A DNA stretch of 47,419 bases from an uncultured Gemmatimonadota bacterium (lineage in GTDB: Bacteria > Gemmatimonadota > Gemmatimonadetes > Gemmatimonadales > GWC2-71-9). Where the stretch lies: the NCBI GenBank assembly GCA_902826755.1, contig CADEGB010000003.1, positions 1-47,419 of the forward strand, written 5' to 3'. The notes below the pieces were generated by a model. The model was given only the letters and a program-made list of their open reading frames with translations, did no database searches and was not told where the DNA came from. The number at the start of each line of letters is the position of its first letter. Position 1 is the first letter of the stretch. Made by a program: the position numbers and the translations under genes. Positions 17,313-28,729 of the stretch are shown one piece after another.

Positions 17313-18728
17313 ATGTCGGGTCGCCATCGGTTGCTCCCCCTCAGTGCGCTGCTGCTGATCGCCAGTACGGCGGCGGCGCAGATCGGCCCGGCCGTTCGGC
17401 CCTTCGTCATCGAGGACGCCCCCACCGTCGTCCTCCGTCACGTCCGGGTCATCGACGGAACCGGCGCCCCGGTTCGCGACAACCAGACGGTCATCATTGC
17501 CAACGGCCGGATTGCCGCCGTTGGCGATGACGCCATCGTGACCGCTCCCACCGGCGCCAAGGTTCACGACCTCGCCGGCGCGACGATCATCCCGGGTCTC
17601 GTCGACCTCCATGGCCACCAGTACTTCTTGTCCTCGGCGGGGCTCACCCAGATGGCCGTCTCGGCGCCCCGCCTCTATCTCGGCCTCGGCGTCACCACCA
17701 TCCGGACCGCGGGCGGCCAGCTGCCGTACGACGAACTCAACACCAAACGCGACATCGACCGGGGGCTGGCCGCCGGCCCCCGAATGCACATCAGCGGGCC
17801 GTATCTCGACGGGGCCCGCTCGGGTCCCGGCCACAACCGCCGCCTCGAGTCTCCCGAGGAAGCTCGCCGAGTAGTGGCCTACTGGGCCTCCGAAGGTGCC
17901 ACCTGGCTCAAGTTCCAGGGCAACATCTCCCGCGCCATCCTCGGCGCCGCCATCGAGGAGGCCCATCGCCACGGCCTGGGCGTCACCGGTCACCTCTGCT
18001 CCGTCAGCTTCCGGGAAGCCGCCGCGCTCGGGATCGACAATCTCGAGCATGGCTTCATCACCAACAGCGACTATCTCCCCAATCGGACCCCGGATCGCTG
18101 CTCGCCGGACAACATGCGCTATCAGGTTCAGGTCGACGTCGAAGGCCCCGCCGTCGATTCCACGATCCGCGAACTCCTGGCCCGGAACGTCACCCTCACC
18201 TCGACCCTCTCGGTCTACGAGTTGTTCGTCCCGGGTCGCGCCCGGGTGCCCGAGGCTGCCCTCGAGGCCCTCGCCCCCGCCGCCCGGGCCGCCGCCATCG
18301 CCGATCTCGAGGAGACCAACGCCGGCAAGGCGTTTGCCGTGCCGCCGGCCCTGTTCGAGAAAATGAAGCGATTCGAAAAGAAGTGGGTCGACGCAGGGGG
18401 ACGGCTGGCGGCGGGTGTCGATCCGTGGGGCAATGGCAGCCTCCCGGGGTACGGCGATCATCGGAACTTCGAGCTGCTCGTCGAAGCCGGCTTCTCGCCG
18501 GTCGAGGCGGTCCGGATCATGTCCGCCAACGGCGCCCGCCTGCTGCGCGAGCTCGATGACTACGGAACGGTCACGGTCGGGAAGCGGGCCGACCTGGTTG
18601 TGCTCGATGGCAACCCGGCCGCCGTCCCCGGAGACATCCGGAAGGTGCGCTGGGTTTTCAAGGACGGTATCGGCTACGACAGCGCCAAGCTGGTCGGGTC
18701 GGTCAAGGGGATGGTTGGCATTCAATGA
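17313..18728 (+). CDS. Amidohydrolase-family protein, secreted
   Basis: GGAG lies 8 nt upstream. Signal peptide MSGRHRLLPLSALLLIASTAAAQ. HxH site in VDLHGHQ. C-terminal GKRADLVVLDGNP. Confidence 0.85.
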   Translation: MSGRHRLLPLSALLLIASTAAAQIGPAVRPFVIEDAPTVVLRHVRVIDGTGAPVRDNQTVIIANGRIAAVGDDAIVTAPTGAKVHDLAGATIIPGLVDLHGHQYFLSSAGLTQMAVSAPRLYLGLGVTTIRTAGGQLPYDELNTKRDIDRGLAAGPRMHISGPYLDGARSGPGHNRRLESPEEARRVVAYWASEGATWLKFQGNISRAILGAAIEEAHRHGLGVTGHLCSVSFREAAALGIDNLEHGFITNSDYLPNRTPDRCSPDNMRYQVQVDVEGPAVDSTIRELLARNVTLTSTLSVYELFVPGRARVPEAALEALAPAARAAAIADLEETNAGKAFAVPPALFEKMKRFEKKWVDAGGRLAAGVDPWGNGSLPGYGDHRNFELLVEAGFSPVEAVRIMSANGARLLRELDDYGTVTVGKRADLVVLDGNPAAVPGDIRKVRWVFKDGIGYDSAKLVGSVKGMVGIQ

Positions 18729-20836
18729 GATCGCTGCTGTACGGATGGCTGCTGACGACCGCTGTCTCCCCGCTGGGCGCCCAGCGGCCGGCCCAGCCGC
18801 CTCCACCGCCGCCGGTGTCCCGACAGGCCATGCTGGTGGCCGAGGACAATCGGATCGTCACCGAAACGGCGCTGGTGCCGCTGAACGCGGCCCTCGCCCA
18901 TCGTGATCCGACCACCGCCGCCCGCGCCCTCCAGGCCTTCGGCCGCCTCGAGAACGCCAAGCTGCTGCCCCGGCTGCTGCCGTTCCTTGCCGACGCCCGC
19001 CCAGTCGTTCGGGCTGCCGCCGCCTTTGCCCTGGGCCAGATCGGTCAGGATACCGCCGCCGTCCCGGCCATTGCCCCGCTCCTGGTCGACCGACTCGCCG
19101 AGGAGCCGGATCCGGTCGTTTTGGGCGCCGTGGCCCGCTCGGTGGCCCGGTTGGCCTTCCGGGACGTCGATCGGGCCACCGGGGCCCGGCGAGCCCTCCT
19201 GGCCGTCGCCGACCGAACCCTCCCGGCCGAGCCGACCGTCGAGGTGGCCCGCGCGCTCGAGAGCTTTGCCCGGCTGAACGGCCGCCTGTCTGGCCCTTCG
19301 CCCGAGCTGCTCGCTCGGCTCCGGGCGTTTGCCGTCTACACCGCTGCCGATGCCGAGGCCGCGGGCAAGGTCCGGCGAGCCGCCATGGCAGCCCTGGTCC
19401 GGGTGGCCGAGCCGGACGACGCGCTCCTCGTTCGGTTGGCCGGCGATCCGGTCGATGAGGTGCGCCGCCTTGCCGTGATCTGGGCCGGTGATTCGGTCGA
19501 TGTCGAAAGCCGCCGGGAATACCTTGCCGGTGCGTTGATCGATCGCAGCCCCGCGGTCCGGCTCGAGGCGATTCGGGTCTGGGCCCGTCGCTTCCAGGCC
19601 TCCGACTGTCAGCCGCTGGTTCGGGCGCTCCGGGATCGTGCTTTTGCCGTCGCCCTCGAGTCGATCGATCGGCTCGCGCCAACCTGCCCCGACGTCGTCG
19701 CCGTGGGCGAGACGCTCTGGCAGCTGGTCGATTCGCTGGTCGGCGCGCAACGAAACGACTTCACGGGCATCGCGGCGTGGCACCGAGGTGCCCACGCCCT
19801 CCTCGCGCTGGCTCGGCTCGACCCGCCCCGCGCCAAGGCCGTGCTGAGCCGCGCCGGCGCGTCCGCCACCTGGCAAGTCCGGATGTACGCCGCCCGGGCG
19901 GCCGCCATCGTCGGCGATCCGGAGCGACTCCTGACGCTGTCGGACGACCCGAACGACAACGTCCGGGAAGCCGCGGTGCAGGGTTTGGTGAAGGTCCGCG
20001 GCCACGGTGCCGATTCGGTCTACCGGGCCGCCCTGGCCCGGCCCGACTACCAGCTCGTGATCGCCGCAGCCCAGGCCCTGACCGGCACCCCGGAACGGGT
20101 TCGGGCGGCGGTGGCGCTCCAGAACGCCCTGGCCCGGATCTCGACCGAGCGGAAGGAAACCTCTCGCGATCCCCGTCTCGCCATTCTCGACCGGCTCGTC
20201 GAGGTCGGTGGGATCGACGACACGCTCGGTCTCGAACCGCTCCTCGCCGATTTCGATCCGGTCGTGGCTCACCGGGCCGCGGGACTGCTGTCGACCCTGA
20301 GCGGCCGGCCCCGCGTCGCCGCGCCGGCGCCGCTCTCGCCGCCGGTGCTCGATCAGGAGGCGATCGATCGACTCCGCGGCAGCCGGCTCCGCGTCACCCT
20401 GTCGCCCACGGCCGGCGGCGGCCATTTCGACATTCTACTCTATCCCGATCTGGCCCCTGCCACCGTGGCGCGGATCGTTGCTCGGGCGGAAGCGGGCTAC
20501 TACGACGCCCTCACGTTTCACCGGGTGGAGCCGAACTTCGTGCTGCAGGGCGGGAGCCCGCGCGCCAACGAGTACGCCGGCGATTCCCGCTACCTCCGCG
20601 ACGAGATCAGCCCGGTCTCCCACGAACGCGGCACCATGGGGATCTCGACCCGGGGCCGCGACACCGGAGACGCCCAGTTCTTCGTCAACCTCGTCGACAA
20701 TCTCCGCCTCGATTTCCATTACACCGTCTGGGGCCGCATCGTGAATGGGATGGACGTGGTCGATGCCATCCTGGAGGGCGACGTCATCGACCGGATCGAC
20801 CTTGTTGACGCCGGGGCGTCGGGGAGCCAACCTTAG
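18725..20836 (+). CDS. Secreted HEAT-repeat protein fused to a cyclophilin-type peptidyl-prolyl isomerase
   Basis: ATGA overlap with the upstream gene. Signal peptide followed by PAQPPPPPPV. About 480 aa of HEAT-like repeats (DPVVLGAVARS, SPAVRLEAIRVWA, NDNVREAAVQGL). The C-terminal cyclophilin core is FHRVEPNFVLQGG...GTMGIST...AQFFVNL...WGRIVNGMDVVD. Confidence 0.8.
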   Translation: MRSLLYGWLLTTAVSPLGAQRPAQPPPPPPVSRQAMLVAEDNRIVTETALVPLNAALAHRDPTTAARALQAFGRLENAKLLPRLLPFLADARPVVRAAAAFALGQIGQDTAAVPAIAPLLVDRLAEEPDPVVLGAVARSVARLAFRDVDRATGARRALLAVADRTLPAEPTVEVARALESFARLNGRLSGPSPELLARLRAFAVYTAADAEAAGKVRRAAMAALVRVAEPDDALLVRLAGDPVDEVRRLAVIWAGDSVDVESRREYLAGALIDRSPAVRLEAIRVWARRFQASDCQPLVRALRDRAFAVALESIDRLAPTCPDVVAVGETLWQLVDSLVGAQRNDFTGIAAWHRGAHALLALARLDPPRAKAVLSRAGASATWQVRMYAARAAAIVGDPERLLTLSDDPNDNVREAAVQGLVKVRGHGADSVYRAALARPDYQLVIAAAQALTGTPERVRAAVALQNALARISTERKETSRDPRLAILDRLVEVGGIDDTLGLEPLLADFDPVVAHRAAGLLSTLSGRPRVAAPAPLSPPVLDQEAIDRLRGSRLRVTLSPTAGGGHFDILLYPDLAPATVARIVARAEAGYYDALTFHRVEPNFVLQGGSPRANEYAGDSRYLRDEISPVSHERGTMGISTRGRDTGDAQFFVNLVDNLRLDFHYTVWGRIVNGMDVVDAILEGDVIDRIDLVDAGASGSQP

Positions 20837-20905
20837 GAACTGCGGGCCGCCGGTTTGGCACGGATGGCCGGACCCGGACCCGCCGATTGACCCGAGGAGG
20901 GACCA

Positions 20906-21433
20906 ATGGCAAAGTGGCTGACAATGAGTCTGGCGGCGTTGACCCTGCTGGCGGTCGGAACCACCGCCGCGGAGGCGCAGGACAAGGAAAAGAAGGTCAA
21001 GCGCGATCGCACCATGATCCTGCCTGACGAGATCGCCGAGAAGTCCGATCTCACCAACGCCTACGACGCGATCCAGCGCCTCCGCCCCCAGTGGCTCAAG
21101 TCGCAACGCTCCCGCCTGGGCTCCGGGTCAGGCGCCAACGCCTCCGAGGGGTACCGGCCGGATGCGCCCAGTGCCGCCAGCCGAAGCGGTGAGACCCAAA
21201 GCTCCGATGGCGGCAGCAGCGGCGCACCCGCTGTCGGCGGGAGCGGGAAGGGCATCACGGCCGTCTTCTACCTCGACGACGTGAAGCAGCCGGAACTCGA
21301 AGACCTCCGGAACCTTCGGGTGGCAGAGATCCTCGAGATCAAGTTCATGAACGGAACCGAGGCCACCGGCCGCTACGGCGAAGGGCACACCGCCGGCGCC
21401 ATCTTGGTCAAGACCAACCGGCTCGGCAGGTAA
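20906..21433 (+). CDS. Hypothetical secreted protein with TonB-receptor plug-like ends
   Basis: GAGGAGGG RBS. Signal peptide MAKWLTMSLAALTLLAVGTTAAEAQ. Plug-like ILPDEIAEKSDLTNAYDAIQRLRPQWL, and a C-terminal AGAILVKTNR. Confidence 0.6.
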   Translation: MAKWLTMSLAALTLLAVGTTAAEAQDKEKKVKRDRTMILPDEIAEKSDLTNAYDAIQRLRPQWLKSQRSRLGSGSGANASEGYRPDAPSAASRSGETQSSDGGSSGAPAVGGSGKGITAVFYLDDVKQPELEDLRNLRVAEILEIKFMNGTEATGRYGEGHTAGAILVKTNRLGR

Positions 21434-21454
21434 GTCCCCAAGCCGGATCGACGC

Positions 21455-21492
21455 GAAGGGGGCGGGATGCCGATCGGCATCCCGCCCCCTTC
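21455..21492. terminator. Perfect 38-nt palindrome between convergent genes (bidirectional terminator candidate)
   Basis: GAAGGGGGCGGGATGCCGATCGGCATCCCGCCCCCTTC pairs perfectly position by position, and is extendable by one C-G pair. There is no U-tract. Confidence 0.5.
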
Positions 21493-21526
21493 GAGTCTTC
21501 GGCCGGCCAGAACCGGCGTTGCCGGG

Positions 21527-21940
21527 CTACTTCCTGGCCAACGTGAACGACCCACCGCCCACGTAGCTGCCGCCCTGAGTGGCCTCGATCGTTCCGGTCA
21601 ACTGGGCGCCATCGGCGCTCAACTGAGCCTTGAAGGTCACGTCGAACTCACCGATCGTCTGCTTCCAGCTGACCTTGTCGCCGTCGAAGGCAAGGTCCCG
21701 GACCTCACCACCCGGCGGAACCTCGCCGGTCATGGCATTGACCAGTTTCCATTCCGCGGCTTTGGTCAGGTTGACCGTCATGGTGCCGGTCGGGCCGTCC
21801 GTGGTGTAGTTGCCTTCCCAGTTGCCGGCGAGCTTGGCGTTGGCCGCGGCCGGGGCGGCCGAGGCGGCCTGGGCGTGGGCAGCCGGCGCGGCGGCGACGC
21901 CCAGCAGGGCGATCGCGGCGGCGGCGATGATGGTGCGCAT
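21527..21940 (-). CDS. Hypothetical secreted protein
   Basis: Signal peptide MRTIIAAAAIALLGVAAAPAAHAQ. About 110-aa beta-rich mature part. High GC3. Confidence 0.6.
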   Translation of the reverse strand: MRTIIAAAAIALLGVAAAPAAHAQAASAAPAAANAKLAGNWEGNYTTDGPTGTMTVNLTKAAEWKLVNAMTGEVPPGGEVRDLAFDGDKVSWKQTIGEFDVTFKAQLSADGAQLTGTIEATQGGSYVGGGSFTLARK

Positions 21941-22012
21941 TTGGATTCCTTTCGAATCAGGGTGACGGATCAGGGGATACGGTTCAGGGGCGGCGCGGGT
22001 TTCGGAGCCCCG

Positions 22013-22987
<975 letters not shown>

Positions 22988-23131
22988 GAAAAGCTAACTC
23001 CCCCACCCATTTCCGGAAAATGACAGGCGTTGGGTATCGATGACGGCTGCCGGGCCGCTCCCCGACTCCCGACCTGTTACCTTCCAGGCTCCCCTCCTGC
23101 CCCCCCGCTGTCGCTGAGGAGCGTCCGTCAT

Positions 23132-23302
23132 TTGCCGAAGCGAAACTACCAGTTCGAAAAGCGCCAGAAAGACCTGGCCAAGAAGGCCAAGCGCGAAGAA
23201 AAGCGACTGAAACGCCTCGATCGGGCCAACCGGCCCGAAGGCGAGGATGGCGAGATCGCCGACGTCGATCAGGCGCCCGGCGATCCGAACCAGCCCGTCT
23301 GA
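23132..23302 (+). CDS. Small Lys/Arg/Glu-rich hypothetical protein
   Basis: TTG at 23132 lies 9 nt after GAGGAG and gives MPKRNYQFEKRQKDLAKKAKREEKRLKRL... The codon pattern is coding-like. The upstream part of tracked ORF 23030.. looks non-coding. Confidence 0.4.
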   Translation: MPKRNYQFEKRQKDLAKKAKREEKRLKRLDRANRPEGEDGEIADVDQAPGDPNQPV

Positions 23303-23369
23303 AGGCGACGAGACGTTCGCCGGCCGGGCCGCGATGGCGCCGGTCGACCCTGTACGACACGGAGGTCCG

Positions 23370-23681
23370 ATGAGCAGCTACAAAACCGCCCAACGCCGAG
23401 TCCGCTATCGCGGCCGCGACTTCCATTTCGTGTCGTACGAGGGACGGAACGCCGACCCGGCCCGAGCCCAGGAAGCCATCCCGCCGACCTGGTTCCTGAT
23501 GGCCGGGGGAAAACGGTGGGTCGTGGGGCCCCAGCAGAACGATCAGGCACCCGCCGATCTCGATCAACAACTGGCCCGCTGGCTCGACGAGAACATCTTC
23601 GGCTCGAAAGGGCGGGGAACCCTCACCGAAGCCACCGCGCCCGACGCCATCGCCCCCGACCACACGACCCGCGCCGGCTGA
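23370..23681 (+). CDS. Hypothetical protein
   Basis: ATG at 23370 lies 4 nt after GGAGG and gives MSSYKTAQRRVRYRGRDFHFVSYEG... High GC3. Confidence 0.55.
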   Translation: MSSYKTAQRRVRYRGRDFHFVSYEGRNADPARAQEAIPPTWFLMAGGKRWVVGPQQNDQAPADLDQQLARWLDENIFGSKGRGTLTEATAPDAIAPDHTTRAG

Positions 23682-23690
23682 TCGGTCCCG

Positions 23691-23707
23691 CCCCTCGGAA
23701 TGAGGGG
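23691..23707 (+). terminator. Short hairpin after the hypothetical gene
   Basis: CCCCTC-ggaat-GAGGGG lies 10 nt after the stop. There is no U-tract. It contains the CCCCTCGGAA word also seen twice at 13836-13900. Confidence 0.3.
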
Positions 23708-23777
23708 CTGATACAGTCTGCGTGAGGATCCGTTCACGGCCACCCACGGGGGTGCGCCGTTGCCGTAGGTTTGAGGC

Positions 23778-24761
23778 ATGGTGTGGCGCCGCTTCGCGAT
23801 TCCCCATCTCATCCGACCGCTCCTCCTGGTCGTGGTCCTCGGCACCATCGGCTACATGATCGTCGAGGGCGCCTCCCTGCTCGACGCCCTGTACATGACG
23901 ATCATCACCGTCACCACCGTCGGGTACCGCGAGGTGTTTCCCCTCGGGCCAGCGGGGAAGATTCTCACCATGCTGGTGGTGCTGGTCGGCCTCGGCGCGG
24001 TGCTCTTCGGGATGGGTGAGTACTTCGCCACCATCCGCAATACCCTCGACAAGCGAGGCCTGATGCACGCCATCGAACGGATGTCCGCCCACTACATCGT
24101 CTGCGGGTTCGGCCGGGTTGGCCAGAACGCGGCACTCGCGCTCCGCGATGCCGGCCGATCGGTGCTGGTGGTGGAGAAAGACCCCGTCCGGGTCGAGTTG
24201 GCGCGTCGGGACCAGTTCCTCGTTGTCGAGGGCGACCCCACCCATGACGAAGTCATGCAACGCCTTGGGGTCGAACGGGCCGCCGGGTTCGTCGCCTGCA
24301 CCGGCAGTGATCCCGACAACCTGTTCATAGTCCTGTCGGCCCGGACCCTGAACCAGAAGATGCACATCGTGGCTCGCGCCGCCGACGCGGGCAGCGTGGC
24401 CAAGTTCAAACGGGCCGGCGCCGACCGGGTGGTCTCACCCTATGAGGCGGGTGGTCGGTACATGGCCAACTCGCTCGTCCGCCCGAATCTGACCGAGTTT
24501 CTCGACCGGGTTACGTTCGGGGGCGTGGAGCTGTGGCTCGAGGAAATCGTCGTTCCGCCGGGGTCGCCGCTCAACGGGCGGACCCTCGGGGAGGTCGACG
24601 TCGGCCAGCGCACTGGTGCCTCGGTCATCGCGCTCCATCGGAAACCGGCGGACTTCATGCCCGCGCCGTCCCCGTCCACCCGCCTCCTCGAGGGCGACGC
24701 GCTGATTGCGCTGGGGACGAAGGACCAGCTTGCCCGGGTGGAGCAGGTGGCCCGCGGGTAG
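23778..24761 (+). CDS. 2-TM potassium-channel homologue with RCK (TrkA-N/TrkA-C) domains
   Basis: TM1, pore helix and TM2 (LDALYMTIITVTTVGYREVFPLGPAGKILTMLVVLVGLGAVLF). Rossmann motif YIVCGFGRVGQ. C-terminal TrkA-C-like part (GRTLGEVDVGQRTGASVIALHR). Confidence 0.85.
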   Translation: MVWRRFAIPHLIRPLLLVVVLGTIGYMIVEGASLLDALYMTIITVTTVGYREVFPLGPAGKILTMLVVLVGLGAVLFGMGEYFATIRNTLDKRGLMHAIERMSAHYIVCGFGRVGQNAALALRDAGRSVLVVEKDPVRVELARRDQFLVVEGDPTHDEVMQRLGVERAAGFVACTGSDPDNLFIVLSARTLNQKMHIVARAADAGSVAKFKRAGADRVVSPYEAGGRYMANSLVRPNLTEFLDRVTFGGVELWLEEIVVPPGSPLNGRTLGEVDVGQRTGASVIALHRKPADFMPAPSPSTRLLEGDALIALGTKDQLARVEQVARG

Positions 24762-24863
24762 GCCAGACCAGCGCCGACGGCTCGCCACCTCAGGTCCCTC
24801 TCGACGCTTCCACTTGGTCGGCCGGACACTAACTTTGCTGCTGCCAACCGCAAGGCGACTTCT

Positions 24864-26075
24864 GTGACCGGCTTCGCACTCACCCCCCGCGCCGCGGCGC
24901 TCCGCGAGCGGCTGCACGCTTTCATGATCCGGGACGTCTATCCCAACGAAGCCACCTGGTGGGCCCAGGTGGCCGCCGACCGGTGGAAACCAACCGCCAT
25001 CATCGAGACGCTCAAGACCAAAGCCCGCGCCGAGGGGCTCTGGAACCTGTTCCTCCCCGAATCCAACCACGGGGCCGGACTCACCAATCTCGAGTACGCC
25101 TCACTCTGCGAGGTCATGGGCCGCTCGCCCATCGCCTCCGAAATCTTCAACTGCTCGGCGCCGGACACCGGCAACATGGAGGTGCTCGAGCGGTACGGTA
25201 CGGAGGCCCACAAGGCGGAGTGGCTCGTCCCGCTGCTCGATGGGCGGATTCGGAGCGCTTTCGCGATGACCGAACCCGAGGTGGCCAGTTCCGATGCCAC
25301 CAACATCCAGGCCTCGATCCGCCGCGACGGCGATCACTACGTCATCAACGGCCGCAAGTGGTGGACGTCCGGCGCCGGCGATCCCCGCTGCCGGATTCTG
25401 GTGGTGATGGGCCGCTCCAACCCTGAGGCGCCCCCTCATCTCCAGCAGTCGATGATCCTCGTACCGGTCGATGCGCCCGGCGTCCGGATCGAGCGGATGC
25501 TCACCGTCTTCGGGTACGACGACGCCCCGCATGGTCACGGGGAGCTGTCCTTCACCGATGTCCGGGTGCCTGCCGCCAACCTCCTGCTTGGCGAGGGTCG
25601 CGGCTTCGAGATCGCCCAGGGACGCTTGGGGCCCGGCAGGATCCACCATTGCATGCGCCTGATCGGCGTGGCCGAACGAGCCCTCGAAGCCATGTGCGAC
25701 CGGGTCCGGACCCGCGTCGCCTTCGGACGACCGCTGGCGGAGCAGGGCACCATCCGGGCCGACATCGCCGATTCCCGGATCGAGATCGACCAGGCCCGGC
25801 TCCTGACCCTCCAGGCGGCGCACATGATGGACACCGTCGGGAACAAGGCCGCTCGGGCTGAAATCGCGATGATCAAGGTCGTCGCCCCGAACGTGGCGCT
25901 CCGAGTCCTCGACCGTGCCATCCAGGCCCACGGGGGGATGGGCGTCAGTCAGGACACCTTCCTGGCATACGCCTGGGCCCAGTCGCGCACGCTCCGGCTG
26001 GCCGACGGCCCGGATGAGGTCCACCGGGAGGCCATCGCCAAACTCGAACTCCGCAAGGGCGCCCGGTCGCGATGA
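24864..26075 (+). CDS. Acyl-CoA dehydrogenase, FadE2/ACAD10-11-like subclass
   Basis: 403 aa, GTG start. Motifs [33 protein letters not shown] and C-terminal [14 protein letters not shown]. Confidence 0.9.
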   Translation: MTGFALTPRAAALRERLHAFMIRDVYPNEATWWAQVAADRWKPTAIIETLKTKARAEGLWNLFLPESNHGAGLTNLEYASLCEVMGRSPIASEIFNCSAPDTGNMEVLERYGTEAHKAEWLVPLLDGRIRSAFAMTEPEVASSDATNIQASIRRDGDHYVINGRKWWTSGAGDPRCRILVVMGRSNPEAPPHLQQSMILVPVDAPGVRIERMLTVFGYDDAPHGHGELSFTDVRVPAANLLLGEGRGFEIAQGRLGPGRIHHCMRLIGVAERALEAMCDRVRTRVAFGRPLAEQGTIRADIADSRIEIDQARLLTLQAAHMMDTVGNKAARAEIAMIKVVAPNVALRVLDRAIQAHGGMGVSQDTFLAYAWAQSRTLRLADGPDEVHREAIAKLELRKGARSR

Positions 26076-26100
26076 CCGCCTCCCGGCCAGGCGCGCGGCC

Positions 26101-26874
26101 ATGAACGTCGCCCAACGGGTCTGCATCGTTACCGGGGGGGCGAGCGGCATCGGCCGCGCGCTCTGTCGCCGGTTTGCGGCCGCCGAGGCCCGGGTCGTTG
26201 TCAGCGATCTCGATCTGGCCGGTGCCGAAGCGGTGGCCGCCGAGATCGGCGGGATCGCCTTCCGCGCGGACGTTGGCCAGGAACGGGATCTCGCGTCTCT
26301 GATTGCCCAGGTCGAACAGCGGGTCGGTCCGATCGACGTGTTCGTGTCGAACGCTGGCATCGCGATCGGGGGCGGCCCCGAGGTGCCCGACGACGAGTGG
26401 CGCCGGATCATCGACATCAACCTCATGGCCCACGTCTGGGCCGCCCGGGCGCTCGTTCCCTTCATGCTCCGTCGCGGCTCCGGCTATCTCGTCAACGTCG
26501 CGTCCGCGGCCGGCCTCCTCACCCAGATCGGTTCGGCTCCGTATGCCGTCACCAAACACGCCGCGGTGGCCTTTGCCGAGTGGCTCGCGGTTACCTATGG
26601 CGATCGCGGGATCCGGGTCTCCTGCGTCTGCCCCCTGGGCGTCCGGACCCCGATGCTCACCTTCGGCGACAACCGGATCACCGCCCTGCTCTCGCCCGAC
26701 GCGATCAGTCCCGAGGCCGTCGCCGAGGCCATCCTGGCTGGGATGGAGCGGGAGGAGTTCCTGATCCTTCCCCATCCCCAGGTCCGCGAGTACCTGGCCC
26801 GCAAGACCGACGACCCCGATCGCTGGATCCGCGGCATGCAACGCCTCCAGCGCCGCCTCGAGGAGACGGCGTGA
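26101..26874 (+). CDS. Short-chain dehydrogenase/reductase
   Basis: ATG at 26101. Motifs TGGASGIGRA, NAG and the YAVTKHA (YxxxK) motif. Confidence 0.85.
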   Translation: MNVAQRVCIVTGGASGIGRALCRRFAAAEARVVVSDLDLAGAEAVAAEIGGIAFRADVGQERDLASLIAQVEQRVGPIDVFVSNAGIAIGGGPEVPDDEWRRIIDINLMAHVWAARALVPFMLRRGSGYLVNVASAAGLLTQIGSAPYAVTKHAAVAFAEWLAVTYGDRGIRVSCVCPLGVRTPMLTFGDNRITALLSPDAISPEAVAEAILAGMEREEFLILPHPQVREYLARKTDDPDRWIRGMQRLQRRLEETA

Positions 26875-27926
26875 CGCTCCCGCTCGATCGCGCCGGGTCG
26901 GTCCGCCCGGGCGAGGAACTCGACCCCGCTGCCCTGACCGCCTACCTCAAGGCCCATCAGGGGCTGAGCGCCGAACCGACGGTCCGCCAGTTTCGCCAAG
27001 GCCACTCGAACCTGACGTACCTCGTCACGGTCGAAGGGTACGACTACGTCCTCCGCCGGCCCCCGTTCGGCAACCAGGTCAAGACCGCGCACGACATGGC
27101 GCGCGAATATCGGATCCTCAAGGCGCTCGCGCCCGCCTTCCCGGCGGCGCCTCGGCCCCTGCTGCTCTGCGAGGATCCCTCGGTCATCGGGGCCCCGTTC
27201 TACCTGATGGAGCGGCGTCATGGAACCGTCCTCCGCCGAACCCTGCCCAAGGGCTACGAGCTGACGCCGGACGCCGCCGATCGACTGTGCCGGGCCATGG
27301 TCGACACCCTCGCCGCGCTCCACCAGGTCGACTATCGCGCCATCGGGCTCGAGGGCTTCGGCAAACCGGAGGGCTACGTCGCCCGGCAGGTGAAAGGCTG
27401 GACCGAGCGGTATCGGGCTGCCGAGACCGACTCGGTGCCGGCCATGGAGACCGCGGCCGCGTGGCTCGCCGCGTCGATGCCGCCCGAACGCGGGGCGACC
27501 ATCATCCACAACGACTTCAAGTTCGACAACGTGATGGTGGCCGTCGACGATCCCGGCTCGGTCGTTGCCGTGCTCGATTGGGAAATGGCCACCATCGGCG
27601 ATCCACTCATGGATCTCGGCATGGCGCTCGCCTACTGGATCGAGCCCGGCGATCCCGAGCCGCTCCGCTCGGTGGCGATGGGCCCGACCGCCGCGCCCGG
27701 CATGTGGAACCGCGAGCGGTTCGTGGCCGCCTACGCCGAACGGACCGGTCGCGACCCCGGCGACCTCGCTTTCTATCGGGCCTTCGGCTCCTTCAAACTG
27801 GCCGTCATCGGTCAGCAGATCTACGCCCGTTTTGCGCGCGGCCTGACCACCGACGAACGGTTTGCCACGATGAACCGGATGGTGGCGGTGCTCGCCACCG
27901 AGGCCGTCCGGATCGCTGGCGCCTGA
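26871..27926 (+). CDS. APH-like phosphotransferase (ACAD10/11 N-terminal-domain / LvaA-like kinase family)
   Basis: The GTG at 26871 overlaps the SDR stop (GTGA), and GAGGAG lies 6 nt upstream. Motifs [10 protein letters not shown], catalytic [11 protein letters not shown] and [16 protein letters not shown]. Confidence 0.85.
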   Translation: MTLPLDRAGSVRPGEELDPAALTAYLKAHQGLSAEPTVRQFRQGHSNLTYLVTVEGYDYVLRRPPFGNQVKTAHDMAREYRILKALAPAFPAAPRPLLLCEDPSVIGAPFYLMERRHGTVLRRTLPKGYELTPDAADRLCRAMVDTLAALHQVDYRAIGLEGFGKPEGYVARQVKGWTERYRAAETDSVPAMETAAAWLAASMPPERGATIIHNDFKFDNVMVAVDDPGSVVAVLDWEMATIGDPLMDLGMALAYWIEPGDPEPLRSVAMGPTAAPGMWNRERFVAAYAERTGRDPGDLAFYRAFGSFKLAVIGQQIYARFARGLTTDERFATMNRMVAVLATEAVRIAGA

Positions 27927-27960
27927 CATCGCGTCCCCATCCTCAACACCGAACGAACCC

Positions 27961-28725
<765 letters not shown>

Positions 28726-28729
28726 TCCG

